IMG/VR virus record: IMGVR_UViG_3300047548_001509
Span: 1 to 64,000 of that record
Source: a virus
DNA length: 64,000 nucleotides
Strand: one strand, 5' to 3'
Of this stretch, positions 9,107 through 18,627 are shown piece by piece. A program made the translations under genes and the position numbers. Position 1 is the first letter of the stretch. Every line of letters begins with the position of its first letter. Under the pieces are notes generated by a model. It had not been told where the DNA came from. It saw nothing but the letters and a program-made list of their open reading frames with translations, and did no database searches.

Positions 9107-10979
9107 AACACAATTTGATTCATTTGAAAATAAACCACCAGCAATAATAGTAAATGACCATGGTGGTTCAATATCAATAACAAATAAAACCGGAAAAGAA
9201 AAGGTAAATATAACCCACAGAAGCGGTGCTTCTATTGAATTGAACCCCGTACAGACTTCTATATTTTCTCCTGAGAATAGAAGTGATGTAACAAATAACG
9301 ATGAGTTTAAAACCATAAAGGGTGACTTAGTTGAGTATGTAAACAGTACAAAATCTGTATCTGTTAATAGAGATCTAGTTACAACTATTGGTAATGCAAA
9401 AGCTTTTCTTTCAAATGCACCTCAACAATTTTTAAATAAGTGGGGTGAAATTGCTGCTCCTTTTGTTAAGGGGGATCTTAATAGACCGCTAAGATATGTT
9501 GTTGCAGGTTTACCTATTGATCAATATCCAGAAGACTCCGGAGAGGCAGTAACAATAAGATTGAATGACGCGCTCGAGCAATTAAAAAACAATTTCTGCT
9601 CATCACTCACTTCTAATTTAGATAACCCACCGGTATTAAATGACTTCTTAGTGGATTTTGATGAACTGTTTACACTGATAAAAGAAGCAATTACAGTAAT
9701 AACCGGTTCTATCTACACAGCAATTGACGATCTTATTACAACAATTACTCAAGAAGCAATTGACGCGTTTTATGAAATATTAAATGAACTAGTTGCTGAG
9801 TTAAAGCAATTACTATTTGAGGTATTATGTCAATTTTTGACTGTACCAGCCCAACTTGTTGAATTTGTGAATGCATATCTTAATAGCATATCACAAGCTG
9901 TACGTAGCGTTATTGACCCATTAATTAAAGAAGAACCTCAATCATCTGAAGGTAATACATATACTCAAAATGATAAGTCTTCTCTTCATGAATATCTCAT
10001 ACAAAAGAATGAAGAGCTTCTTGCATATGAGCAGGCTCTTGGTGTCGGTGGTAATTCAACTACAAATATTCTAAAGAATAAAATGGTTAATATTGGTGGT
10101 GGGTTTAATATGACCTCACCAATATCTATTGACCCACATGGGACAGAAGTTGCTGCTGCTCCTTTAATTGATAAGTGGCAAGGTGTAACAACATTAAATG
10201 GAGGTATACCAAAACTAGAAAGATCAACAATTAATGATGCTTGTGATGTTGGTAATTACACTATCACTATTGGAAACAAGTTTAATATACTAACAGGTGG
10301 TGGTGGTGTTAGAATTGACACAAATGGACCTCTTGATCTACAAGCTCCAATGATCAATTTAGTTGGCCATGGAGTTGATATGTCAGGAGAAGTAGTAAAG
10401 GTAAATGCTTCGAGTGGTATATTATTTGACTCAAAGAATTTTCTCACTCTTAGAGCCCCATTTTCAATTGCACTAGATGGTAACTGCCAAGTTACAAAAA
10501 ACATGGTTGTTCAAGGCGGTTCATACATTAATGGTGAGTTATATGTGAACCATATAACAGCTCCTCTTGAAATGCAAGAGACTATGGAACAAGAAAGTGC
10601 AACTGGTATTTTTACCCCAGAAGCTACGTTCATATTTACTAACTTAACACCTCTTATTGGTACTGAAGCAGGTGGTGTTGTAACTATTCCGTCACAAGCT
10701 ATAACATTTCAGGTTACTGCTAATATACCAGGTATTGATCCTGTCACAGTTAAACCACACATTCACAAATTTCCAAATATACCTCTTCGACTCACAAAAG
10801 GTACTACAATTAATTCTGAAACTGGTTTAGATGCATTTGATGTAAGTGACCCACTTGCACTTGGATTTAATTCAGCCCATTCCAAACTTCGTGAACTTGC
10901 TCAAGCAACTCTTTCAACCGAAACTGCTAATGCTTACAAAATAAATGAAGGTAACAAATGGGATCAAGCATTAACTTGA
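9096..10979 (+). CDS. Baseplate central spike, gp5-like C-terminal part
   Basis: TGKEKVNITHRSGASIE, beta-helix-like repeats, late HxH motif (PHIH). Confidence 0.65.
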   Translation: MPDKTQFDSFENKPPAIIVNDHGGSISITNKTGKEKVNITHRSGASIELNPVQTSIFSPENRSDVTNNDEFKTIKGDLVEYVNSTKSVSVNRDLVTTIGNAKAFLSNAPQQFLNKWGEIAAPFVKGDLNRPLRYVVAGLPIDQYPEDSGEAVTIRLNDALEQLKNNFCSSLTSNLDNPPVLNDFLVDFDELFTLIKEAITVITGSIYTAIDDLITTITQEAIDAFYEILNELVAELKQLLFEVLCQFLTVPAQLVEFVNAYLNSISQAVRSVIDPLIKEEPQSSEGNTYTQNDKSSLHEYLIQKNEELLAYEQALGVGGNSTTNILKNKMVNIGGGFNMTSPISIDPHGTEVAAAPLIDKWQGVTTLNGGIPKLERSTINDACDVGNYTITIGNKFNILTGGGGVRIDTNGPLDLQAPMINLVGHGVDMSGEVVKVNASSGILFDSKNFLTLRAPFSIALDGNCQVTKNMVVQGGSYINGELYVNHITAPLEMQETMEQESATGIFTPEATFIFTNLTPLIGTEAGGVVTIPSQAITFQVTANIPGIDPVTVKPHIHKFPNIPLRLTKGTTINSETGLDAFDVSDPLALGFNSAHSKLRELAQATLSTETANAYKINEGNKWDQALT

Positions 10980-11959
10980 TACCACCGAACTGAATTATAA
11001 AGTTGGTCCACTCTTCTAACACCAGCATATGATATACCCGATTGTATATCTTGTTTGATCTCTTCGAGTTTCTCTAAATATGTCATTCCATTAGAATCCA
11101 CAACAATTAATGTACCTTCTACATTATTGTTATGCCCTTTATTGTGAAAGCTTGCTGAACCAAAGTATGATTTTTTGTTACCTGATTCTGTTCGTATTTC
11201 AGGAGAAGGGGAGTCGATACATTCTGCAAAAAGTTTACCAGACATAACCCAATCTGCCCCAGCTACTAATGCTTTGACAATATCACCATTATGTTTAATG
11301 CCACCATCTGCAATAATCATACAATTCTTTACCTGTTCATTACAACACATCTCTCTTCGTAATGCTATATTGGTTATGCAAGAAAACATAGGCATTGTAA
11401 ATCCTGTTTTGAGTTTCGTGGTGCATGCGGCCCCTGGTCCTACGCCACTCTTAACGGCATGACAACCCCACGTAGCAAGATCAAAAAATCCCTCAAACGT
11501 ACATACATTACCACCAATAACAAAACATGGTAACTCTTCTCGAATAAATTCTACCATTTTTTTGACAAGCTCATGATGACCATGAGCTACATCAACAGTT
11601 ATGTGTGTTACGCGTAATCTTGAATTTTTGATTTTGTTGATTAGATCAAAATCTTCCTTTTTAACACCGACTGATATTGATATTACGTCCCAATTTTCTC
11701 TGTTAGCCTTTTTAACGAAGTCAAAAACATCACCGAATCTATGCATTATATAGAAATAACCTCCCTTATATAACATTTTTGCAACATGTTCATCGACAAC
11801 ACACTTCATATTTGCAGGTATTACCGGGATATTATAACTGCTAACCCCCATACGTTGTGTTGTTATTGCATTAGATCTGGTATCTAAGTTTGAAAAATTG
11901 GGAATTAGACATACGTCATCATATGACAACGCCAAGGTTGGCGGATTCGAAATAGACAT
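10964..11959 (-). CDS. guaC: GMP reductase
   Basis: YDDVCLIP, PANM, VDVAHGH, GVGPGAACTTKLKTGF, IADGGI, YFGSAS; no CBS domain. Confidence 0.9.
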   Translation of the reverse strand: MSISNPPTLALSYDDVCLIPNFSNLDTRSNAITTQRMGVSSYNIPVIPANMKCVVDEHVAKMLYKGGYFYIMHRFGDVFDFVKKANRENWDVISISVGVKKEDFDLINKIKNSRLRVTHITVDVAHGHHELVKKMVEFIREELPCFVIGGNVCTFEGFFDLATWGCHAVKSGVGPGAACTTKLKTGFTMPMFSCITNIALRREMCCNEQVKNCMIIADGGIKHNGDIVKALVAGADWVMSGKLFAECIDSPSPEIRTESGNKKSYFGSASFHNKGHNNNVEGTLIVVDSNGMTYLEKLEEIKQDIQSGISYAGVRRVDQLYNSVRWYQVNA

Positions 11960-11995
11960 AATTTATATTAGCTTCTTAAATTACAAAAACAACAA

Positions 11996-12997
11996 TTAAA
12001 AGTCGTCTTCGATTAGAGCACCAGCGGATTGATAAGCTTGTACTTTACTCTCAAAGAAGTTTTTCATCTTTTTGAGATCTTGGGTTTCAGATAAGAAGTC
12101 AAATGGATTTTCTTTTTCAGGGAAACGAAACTTCATATTAACACCTTCAAGTCTTCTGTTGCCAATATATTGCATATAGTCAAGAAAACTCTCTGATTTT
12201 AGCCCAAGAATACCACGAGGTAAAACATCCTGCGCATACTTTATCTCAAGTTCAACAGCTTCTTTTAGATAACCTGTAAGCTCTTGTTCGAATTCATCAG
12301 TCCATGCAAGTGGGTTTTGCTCTTTAATTTTGTTAATAAGCATTGTTCCAAATTTAATATGGTTAGATTCATCTCGTAACGTATATTCAATTTGTTCACC
12401 AATGCCTGGTATTTTCTTTTTCATCGCAAGTAACATTGCAAATCCAGAGAAAAAGAATGTGCCTTCACAAATAATCCAATAAAGGAATGCAGCTTTAAGA
12501 ATTTCCCTAACCCCTTCAATAGTTGAAACATCAATATCAACTTTGAGATTTTTTGTGACGTTCATTAAGAACTCGTCTTTAGCTTTAATAGCTGGAACTG
12601 TTGCATAAGCTTCATACACTTCTTCAATATTAAGGTTTAAAGAATCACAAATATAAACAATAGTGTCGTTATGCAGGCATTCTTCCCAGATTTGCCGAGA
12701 CATATATTGTCTACATTCTGGGTCCGTAATATGTCTAAACAATGATACAAGATTATTACCAACTAATGATTCAGAGCCTGCAAAGAATCCAAGCGTACGT
12801 TTAATAACAAGTTTTTCGTCTTCAGTTAATTTATCCGAACGCCAGTTACTGATATCAACATTCATTGGAATCTCTTCAGGGTTCCAATTATTATTTTTAC
12901 CAACCTTATATAAATCCCACGCCCATTTATGAACATGAGGTAGAATTTGATTTACGCTTTCTTTTTTATCGCCTAGAATTTTTCCGTCTTTTTTCAT
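11996..12997 (-). CDS. nrdB: Ribonucleotide reductase beta subunit, class Ic (R2c)-like
   Basis: FFAGSESLVGNN, EECLH, EGTFFFSGF, RDESNH, KNFFE; radical Tyr position occupied by Ile. Confidence 0.92.
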   Translation of the reverse strand: MKKDGKILGDKKESVNQILPHVHKWAWDLYKVGKNNNWNPEEIPMNVDISNWRSDKLTEDEKLVIKRTLGFFAGSESLVGNNLVSLFRHITDPECRQYMSRQIWEECLHNDTIVYICDSLNLNIEEVYEAYATVPAIKAKDEFLMNVTKNLKVDIDVSTIEGVREILKAAFLYWIICEGTFFFSGFAMLLAMKKKIPGIGEQIEYTLRDESNHIKFGTMLINKIKEQNPLAWTDEFEQELTGYLKEAVELEIKYAQDVLPRGILGLKSESFLDYMQYIGNRRLEGVNMKFRFPEKENPFDFLSETQDLKKMKNFFESKVQAYQSAGALIEDDF

Positions 12998-13227
12998 AAG
13001 TATTGTTCTTTAATTTTTTCAATTAGACTATCACGAACCTTAACACCATCATCATTTAGCCCTGATAATGATTGCACATTATTTATAGTTGGTATAATCT
13101 GACAGTATCTTGGGTCTCTAAAATTTGAGCTAAGACCCTCATTAAGAGTATAACACAAAAGAGACATCTCATCCTCATCAAGGATGTCATATATTACTTC
13201 TGAGAATATCATTGGCAAGATGTACAA
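12994..13227 (-). CDS. Small hypothetical protein between nrdA and nrdB
   Basis: 77-aa ORF overlapping both neighbours. Confidence 0.5.
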   Translation of the reverse strand: MYILPMIFSEVIYDILDEDEMSLLCYTLNEGLSSNFRDPRYCQIIPTINNVQSLSGLNDDGVKVRDSLIEKIKEQYL

Positions 13228-14558
13228 TCTTCACCGAGTGTGCAAAATGCTACACCAAGTTCTTCTTTTTCATCTCCAATAGAAGAAAGAACTTTATCAC
13301 TTACAACTGATGCCTTTTCAATCTCAGATGCACCTTCGTTGCGAAGATAGTAGGTCGTCTTCAATCCAAGGTTCCAAGCTTCAAAATACAAATCATTAAG
13401 AAACTTCAATGATGTAGTATTATTGAATAAATTCACTGACATACCCATATCAATCCACTTACCACGGGCCTGAGCTTGCTTCAGAATATTTGATTGATTA
13501 ACTTGGAATGATGTTTTGTGTCTTCTTCTAAACCAATCTCTATCACCCTGATTTGGTAGACAATCTAATGAGAGCTTATATACATCACCATCAGCTGCTT
13601 TTAATTGCTGTGACATTTTATAATCCCATGCATTAAACTTTCTAAGATCTTTTACAATCCATTTATTGATCATAGTAAGATCACCTGACATTGTGGTATA
13701 AACAAATACGTTTGAAAAATATGGCTCTGTTGTTGGTGAACACCCAGCAATTGTTGAGATTGAAGCTGTTGGTGCAATAGCCATGGTGTTAGAGTTTCTC
13801 ATACCATATTCTCGCACATGATCTCTTACGATATCCCAGTTAAGAGTCTCGAGAGTATCTCTCGTTTCATTAAATGAGTCATCACGTTTTCTCATTAAAG
13901 TAATGAATGTATCAATAGGGAATATATCTTGAGACCACAATGAATTTTCATAAGAAGAGTACCTACCTTTCTCTTTTGCTAATTCAGATGAACCAAGAAT
14001 AGCATTATAGGAGATATACTCATACAATTTATCTGATAGTTCAATTGCTTCTTTACTATCATAATCAATATTAAGAGTGTTAAACATATCATGCCAACCC
14101 ATAGATCCAAGACCAACTGGTCGGTGACGCATGTTTGATAATTTTGCTTCTTGTGTTGGGTAGAAGTTAATATCGATTACATTATCCAACATTCTCATTG
14201 CAGTTTTGGTAACGTATGTAACTTTAGCCCAATCAATATCATTATTACCATCTTGATCAACTACAATAAATTTGGAAAGATTTAAAGATCCAAGATTACA
14301 CACTGCTGTCTCTCCGTACTCTTTAATTTCACGATCATTATTGGGTTTGAATGACGTTGCTTTAGAAGGAAGTAAAATTTCGGTACAGAGATTGCTGCTT
14401 AGAACAGTACCTATTTGAGGGTTTTGATGTCGTATGTTTGAAGCATCCTTAAACGTACAATTATGTATTAATATATTATTTGCATAAAAATTTTCATTCT
14501 TATGCACTTGTATATCATATACGTTTGCCACATTTTCTAGTTTTTTAATTTTAATCAT
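13209..14558 (-). CDS. nrdA: Ribonucleotide reductase alpha, C-terminal fragment preceded by split-intein IntC
   Basis: 33-aa IntC (VYDIQV..NFYANNILIHN/C), then SNLCTEI, CNLGSLNL, AIAPTAS, GLKTTYY and C-terminal CxxC. Confidence 0.95.
   Translation of the reverse strand: MIKIKKLENVANVYDIQVHKNENFYANNILIHNCTFKDASNIRHQNPQIGTVLSSNLCTEILLPSKATSFKPNNDREIKEYGETAVCNLGSLNLSKFIVVDQDGNNDIDWAKVTYVTKTAMRMLDNVIDINFYPTQEAKLSNMRHRPVGLGSMGWHDMFNTLNIDYDSKEAIELSDKLYEYISYNAILGSSELAKEKGRYSSYENSLWSQDIFPIDTFITLMRKRDDSFNETRDTLETLNWDIVRDHVREYGMRNSNTMAIAPTASISTIAGCSPTTEPYFSNVFVYTTMSGDLTMINKWIVKDLRKFNAWDYKMSQQLKAADGDVYKLSLDCLPNQGDRDWFRRRHKTSFQVNQSNILKQAQARGKWIDMGMSVNLFNNTTSLKFLNDLYFEAWNLGLKTTYYLRNEGASEIEKASVVSDKVLSSIGDEKEELGVAFCTLGEDCTSCQ
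14460..14558 (-). mobile_element. Split intein C-fragment (NrdA)
   Basis: Blocks F/G ending His-Asn followed by Cys+1. Confidence 0.92.
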
Positions 14559-15289
14559 TATTTTTCTTTTTTTGGTTTTATAGATTTAATAAACTTCCAT
14601 CCGGATTGAATTTCCCTGGTTTGGTTTACCAATGTGGATATATTGTAGTTTGTTAATTTAAACTCTCTTTGCCACACATATCGAGTGTTTGTTATAATCT
14701 CCCCAGTTGTTATATTTTGCAATGTTATTAATGGACTCTTTGACAATATTACCTGCTCACTTATCTTTTTTTTATGTTCTTGTGAATGTTTTGTTCCGGT
14801 TTTTGGGTCAACCCAGGTAGGGTCCCCTATTCTGTCTCTCATTGTTTTTCCTGTTTGAAATTTTTTCTTCCTCTCTTTTAGATCTTTTGATCTTTCAATT
14901 CCATGTATTTCATCCCATGTTTTACCTTTTAATTTTCTACTACAGAAATCACCATATTTCAGATATCTAGTCTTGAGAGCTTTTTGTCTTGTCTCGGGTG
15001 TGTTTATTATGACATGACCAGCGTTGCCGTTGTAACCTATAGGCCATAGATTATTTTTCGTAATATCATCTTCCCATTTTTTAACAACCGATAAATCTCC
15101 TTCGATTAGTAATTCACATGTAAATTTTTCTTTTCCAAATTTAAGTATACCTTCTTTGAATAAGATTTTCCCACCTTTACCACAAATATGTTCATGAAAC
15201 CTATCCAAATACGTTTTATTTTTCCTATAAACTATTCCATAATATTTCATATTATTAACCGTGTTTATTATAACATATCCTTGAGCCAT
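14558..15289 (-). CDS. Free-standing GIY-YIG homing endonuclease between the nrdA halves
   Basis: GYVIINTVNNMKYYG, RF..H, GYN; NUMOD3-like KHSQEHKKKIS. Confidence 0.85.
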   Translation of the reverse strand: MAQGYVIINTVNNMKYYGIVYRKNKTYLDRFHEHICGKGGKILFKEGILKFGKEKFTCELLIEGDLSVVKKWEDDITKNNLWPIGYNGNAGHVIINTPETRQKALKTRYLKYGDFCSRKLKGKTWDEIHGIERSKDLKERKKKFQTGKTMRDRIGDPTWVDPKTGTKHSQEHKKKISEQVILSKSPLITLQNITTGEIITNTRYVWQREFKLTNYNISTLVNQTREIQSGWKFIKSIKPKKEK

Positions 15290-15294
15290 GTAAA

Positions 15295-15302
15295 TATTTA
15301 TA
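15295..15302 (-). promoter_or_regulatory. T4-type late promoter of the GIY-YIG gene
   Basis: TATAAATA 5 nt before ATG 15289. Confidence 0.7.
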
Positions 15303-15315
15303 CGTAATCCAAGGA

Positions 15316-15639
15316 TTATACATCTGTTTTTTTGACCAAAATATCAGTACTAACTAAATCTTTAACCTTAACATAACCACGATTTTGTGTAAATATAAGA
15401 TGATCCCCTGTGCAGCAAAGTATATTACCACACTCATCTTCTATTTCATATATCTCTGATTGCATTCTCATCATGGCCGCAGCAACAATCGGTTGGTATT
15501 CTTCTTTTTGTGTTTCTGTATCAAATGACAACGCACAGATCAATTCATTATTTGAGAATCTCTCAGCAATTTCAATAATTGCCATATCTTTATATATACC
15601 ATCATGTATAACTGGTACCAATGTCGTACCATGTACACA
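15316..15639 (-). mobile_element. Split intein N-fragment (NrdA)
   Basis: Block A Cys1 (CVHGTTLV) and block B TxxH (CTGDH). Confidence 0.92.
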
Positions 15640-16875
15640 CCATGGTCCTCCAGTCTCGAACAGCATTTTAAGCATCTTCTTCCAGAGGTCTTTTGCATTA
15701 ACTTCCCTGAAAAGTCTGATCTCTCCTTTCTTTCCTTTCTCTACATATTCCCAATACAGCTTTTCAAATTCTTCACCATAAGCACTATGAAGATTGGGTA
15801 CCTCTTCGGGTGAAAACAAATACCAACTACCATTAGCTTGAACCTGTTTCATGAAAAGATCTGGGATCCAGTTAGCTGTATTCAGATCATGACATCTTTT
15901 TCTTTCATCTCCTGTATTTTTCTTAAGTTCAAGAAAGTCTTCGATATCATAATGCCATGTTTCAAGATAACCACAACCAGCACCACGTCGCTTTCCTCCC
16001 TGGTTGATAGAGACAAGCATATCGTTAAACAATTTCCAGGTATATACAGCACCTGTCGTTTTACCACCTGTTGAATTAATCAAAGCATTACCAGCACGGA
16101 ACGGGGTAAAGTCCATTCCAAGACCACCAGCAAATTTTGACTTCTGAGCTTCTTGATGCAAACCATCAAATATACCAAACACAGAATCCTCAAAGGTGTT
16201 TAAGAAACATGAAGATAACTGACTACGTGATGTACCAGAATAAAATAATGTTGGTGTTGAAGGAACATACAACATCTCTGATAACACTTCATAGAATTGT
16301 ATTGCATATTCTGTACGGTTCTCTGGTTGTTCTCCAATTGCAAGACCCATTGCAATACGCATCCATAACGCTTGTGGAGACTCAACAATTTCATTATCCA
16401 ACTTAATGAGATATCTGTCTACAATAGTCTGTAATCCAGCATATTCAAACAACTCATCTCTTTTGATATCAATATGTTCAGCTAACCTCTTAAGGTCAAA
16501 CTTAAGCATTTCTTTTGCAAGAACACCTTGTTTGACAAGCTTCTTAACATTCGTAACAAACGCTCTTTTATATTGGTATTGAACAGCATCAGAGTCTACT
16601 GATTCACCAAAAACCTCTTTGTATAGAGAATTTAGAAGAATCCGAGCAGCCACTAAGGAGTATTCTGGTTGTTGCTCAATAAGAGCTCTTGAAGACTTAA
16701 TTAATGCTTCGTCTATCTCTTCAGTCTTAACCCCATCATATAACTTCAAAGTTGAGTTATATACAATTGTCTTTGGGTCTACGTTTTCAATTCCTTTACA
16801 AGCTCTCTCGACTCGCTTGTGAATCTTTTTATCGTTAAAGGTTTCTTCTTTACCGTTTCGTTTTAAAACTCTCAT
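15316..16875 (-). CDS. nrdA: Ribonucleotide reductase alpha, N-terminal fragment ending in split-intein IntN
   Basis: ATP cone VLKRNG, PSTPTL, QLSSCF, NQGGKRRGA, ETGGPW, then 107-aa IntN (CVHGTT..CTGDHLIFTQNRGYV). Confidence 0.95.
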   Translation of the reverse strand: MRVLKRNGKEETFNDKKIHKRVERACKGIENVDPKTIVYNSTLKLYDGVKTEEIDEALIKSSRALIEQQPEYSLVAARILLNSLYKEVFGESVDSDAVQYQYKRAFVTNVKKLVKQGVLAKEMLKFDLKRLAEHIDIKRDELFEYAGLQTIVDRYLIKLDNEIVESPQALWMRIAMGLAIGEQPENRTEYAIQFYEVLSEMLYVPSTPTLFYSGTSRSQLSSCFLNTFEDSVFGIFDGLHQEAQKSKFAGGLGMDFTPFRAGNALINSTGGKTTGAVYTWKLFNDMLVSINQGGKRRGAGCGYLETWHYDIEDFLELKKNTGDERKRCHDLNTANWIPDLFMKQVQANGSWYLFSPEEVPNLHSAYGEEFEKLYWEYVEKGKKGEIRLFREVNAKDLWKKMLKMLFETGGPWCVHGTTLVPVIHDGIYKDMAIIEIAERFSNNELICALSFDTETQKEEYQPIVAAAMMRMQSEIYEIEDECGNILCCTGDHLIFTQNRGYVKVKDLVSTDILVKKTDV

Positions 16876-16905
16876 TGTATAATTTATAGATATTTTCCTA
16901 TATAA

Positions 16906-17154
16906 TTACTTACTGATTTGGATAGATTTTAGAAGTGAACAACCAGGAAGAGAAAAATAATTCATCATTGGTTGGTTATTTACTTTAACTTCACATACTA
17001 CTTGGTTTTCTGTAACGATTGGTTGATTTATTAATTGACCACCTGCAGGGAAAGTTCTATATAATGAACCTGTTTCAGCATCAAAAAGTTTAACTGTATT
17101 ATTCGGCCCTGTTGTAACTGTAAATCGTTTTCTTCGTTCAAATTTGTTATTCAT
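16906..17154 (-). CDS. Hypothetical protein
   Basis: 82-aa ORF coupled to the upstream gene. Confidence 0.55.
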   Translation of the reverse strand: MNNKFERRKRFTVTTGPNNTVKLFDAETGSLYRTFPAGGQLINQPIVTENQVVCEVKVNNQPMMNYFSLPGCSLLKSIQISK

Positions 17155-17509
17155 ATCCTTGTTTCTTGATTGTATTTAAGAAGATCTTCACCTCTTCATC
17201 TGATGTTTGTTGGTTAAAATTTAAGGAAGATTCAAATCGTCGCATCTGTGAAGTCTTCTTTTTTGAATGGTATTCACAGATGTGTATAAGTTCTTCATCT
17301 TTTGGTAAATCTGGGTCTGTTATAGATAATAATCTACGTATCTCTGTTACAGTAAACCCTCTTCCAAGAAGAGATTTACACTTTCTAGCTACATAGAATG
17401 TCTTAAGATTTTCTTCTGAACCAAATTCTTTAACTTTTTTCTCCCAATATTCTTTACCAAATATAAGAGACTGTCCGGTGATTGGGCATGTACATTTTCT
17501 ATCCGCCAT
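17147..17509 (-). CDS. Hypothetical protein
   Basis: 120-aa ORF in a tight minus-strand run; N-terminal CPITG. Confidence 0.6.
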   Translation of the reverse strand: MADRKCTCPITGQSLIFGKEYWEKKVKEFGSEENLKTFYVARKCKSLLGRGFTVTEIRRLLSITDPDLPKDEELIHICEYHSKKKTSQMRRFESSLNFNQQTSDEEVKIFLNTIKKQGYE

Positions 17510-17512
17510 ATT

Positions 17513-18022
17513 TTATTCCCAAGGCATTATAATCCACTTATTGTTATTAACATCAATTGCTTGCTGAGCAATTTCTACTTCATCTAATGCATAATCACTG
17601 TAATCTATTTTTGGAGAACCAAATTTTGATGTATTTCTTCTGAATATAGACCAAAAGTGGAGGTATATAGTTGGAGAAATATTTAGTATATAATTTTCAA
17701 CAAATGTAAATGTATCACCAGAATCGTTGATATCATCAACCACCAATACATTAAAATAGTCATCCTTATCGATTTTTAGATCTAAATGCTGATATACCTC
17801 AATTTCTGATTTGAGGTTATTATTTGTGTATGAATTTAGTCCTAAATTTAGTACGTTACATTTAATACGATTTGCAATTATTGTAGCGGGTATTAATCCT
17901 CCCTTGCCAACTGCAATAATATATTCAAATTTATATCTATGTCTTAGGATTTCATCTGCAAATTCTTTACATGCTTTTTCTACTTCTAACCAACTAACAT
18001 ATGTTTTTTCAAAGCCATCCAT
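17513..18022 (-). CDS. Type I purine phosphoribosyltransferase (Gpt/XGPRT-like)
   Basis: IIAVGKGGLIPA; PRPP-binding loop VLVVDDINDSGDT; C-terminal WIIMPWE. Confidence 0.88.
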   Translation of the reverse strand: MDGFEKTYVSWLEVEKACKEFADEILRHRYKFEYIIAVGKGGLIPATIIANRIKCNVLNLGLNSYTNNNLKSEIEVYQHLDLKIDKDDYFNVLVVDDINDSGDTFTFVENYILNISPTIYLHFWSIFRRNTSKFGSPKIDYSDYALDEVEIAQQAIDVNNNKWIIMPWE

Positions 18023-18032
18023 CTTAACATAA

Positions 18033-18069
18033 TTATACCCGATGAATCATTAAAATCCATCGGGTATAA
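18033..18069. repeat. 12-bp inverted repeat overlapping the PRTase promoter
   Basis: TTATACCCGATG-N13-CATCGGGTATAA. Confidence 0.7.
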
Positions 18070-18086
18070 AATCAATTTTTAGATAA

Positions 18087-18605
18087 TTACAGTTTTAGAT
18101 CTTCGTCCGATACTCTCTTGAATGGATTGGGCTCAAGAGCGTCTTTAATAGACAACCCTTTAATGAGAACGCTATTAACTGCTTCATCCATTCCATTACT
18201 AATTGACTTCAAAACAAGCACAACGCGGTAATCAACACGACCATCGATGTTATTAACTTCATAGAATCTCTTGTATGTATCAATGATTAAATTAATACCA
18301 ACTTCAAAAAATGGATAAAACTCATCGTTAATTTTATCTCCCATTGCTGCAACAATCTGATTTTTAACATCTTCTGGGGACAACTTCTTGACATCTACAG
18401 CTGCTTTAATAGCAGTTGATGCTGCCTGAAAATATGGTACTGTATTGATATTATTTGCTACAACTCTTTGTGTTGTTACTCTTGCTCCTGTTTGGAATAA
18501 GAATGAAACAGAGTCAATATTACCCGGGTCTTCTAAAAGAGTTGAACTACAATTGGTTAAAAGTGATAAACCAAACAAACAACTTACGAATTTTAATCTT
18601 GTCAT
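18087..18605 (-). CDS. Putative lipoprotein
   Basis: Basic N-terminus, hydrophobic stretch, lipobox-like LLTN-C. Confidence 0.6.
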   Translation of the reverse strand: MTRLKFVSCLFGLSLLTNCSSTLLEDPGNIDSVSFLFQTGARVTTQRVVANNINTVPYFQAASTAIKAAVDVKKLSPEDVKNQIVAAMGDKINDEFYPFFEVGINLIIDTYKRFYEVNNIDGRVDYRVVLVLKSISNGMDEAVNSVLIKGLSIKDALEPNPFKRVSDEDLKL

Positions 18606-18614
18606 GTATGTAGT

Positions 18615-18622
18615 TATAAATA
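18615..18622 (+). promoter_or_regulatory. T4-type late promoter
   Basis: TATAAATA 5 nt before ATG 18628. Confidence 0.7.
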
Positions 18623-18627
18623 CAATT

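Noticed and set aside
10964-11959. IMP dehydrogenase
   Set aside because: Short length, no CBS domains, and CTTKLKTGF/FGSAS motifs fit GMP reductase.
14559-15315. Group I intron in nrdA
   Set aside because: The endonuclease ORF fills nearly the whole gap, leaving no room for a ribozyme core, and both flanks carry intein blocks.
18445-18627. N-terminal extension of ORF 18445..18963
   Set aside because: It overlaps the opposite-strand lipoprotein gene; the late promoter points to ATG 18628.
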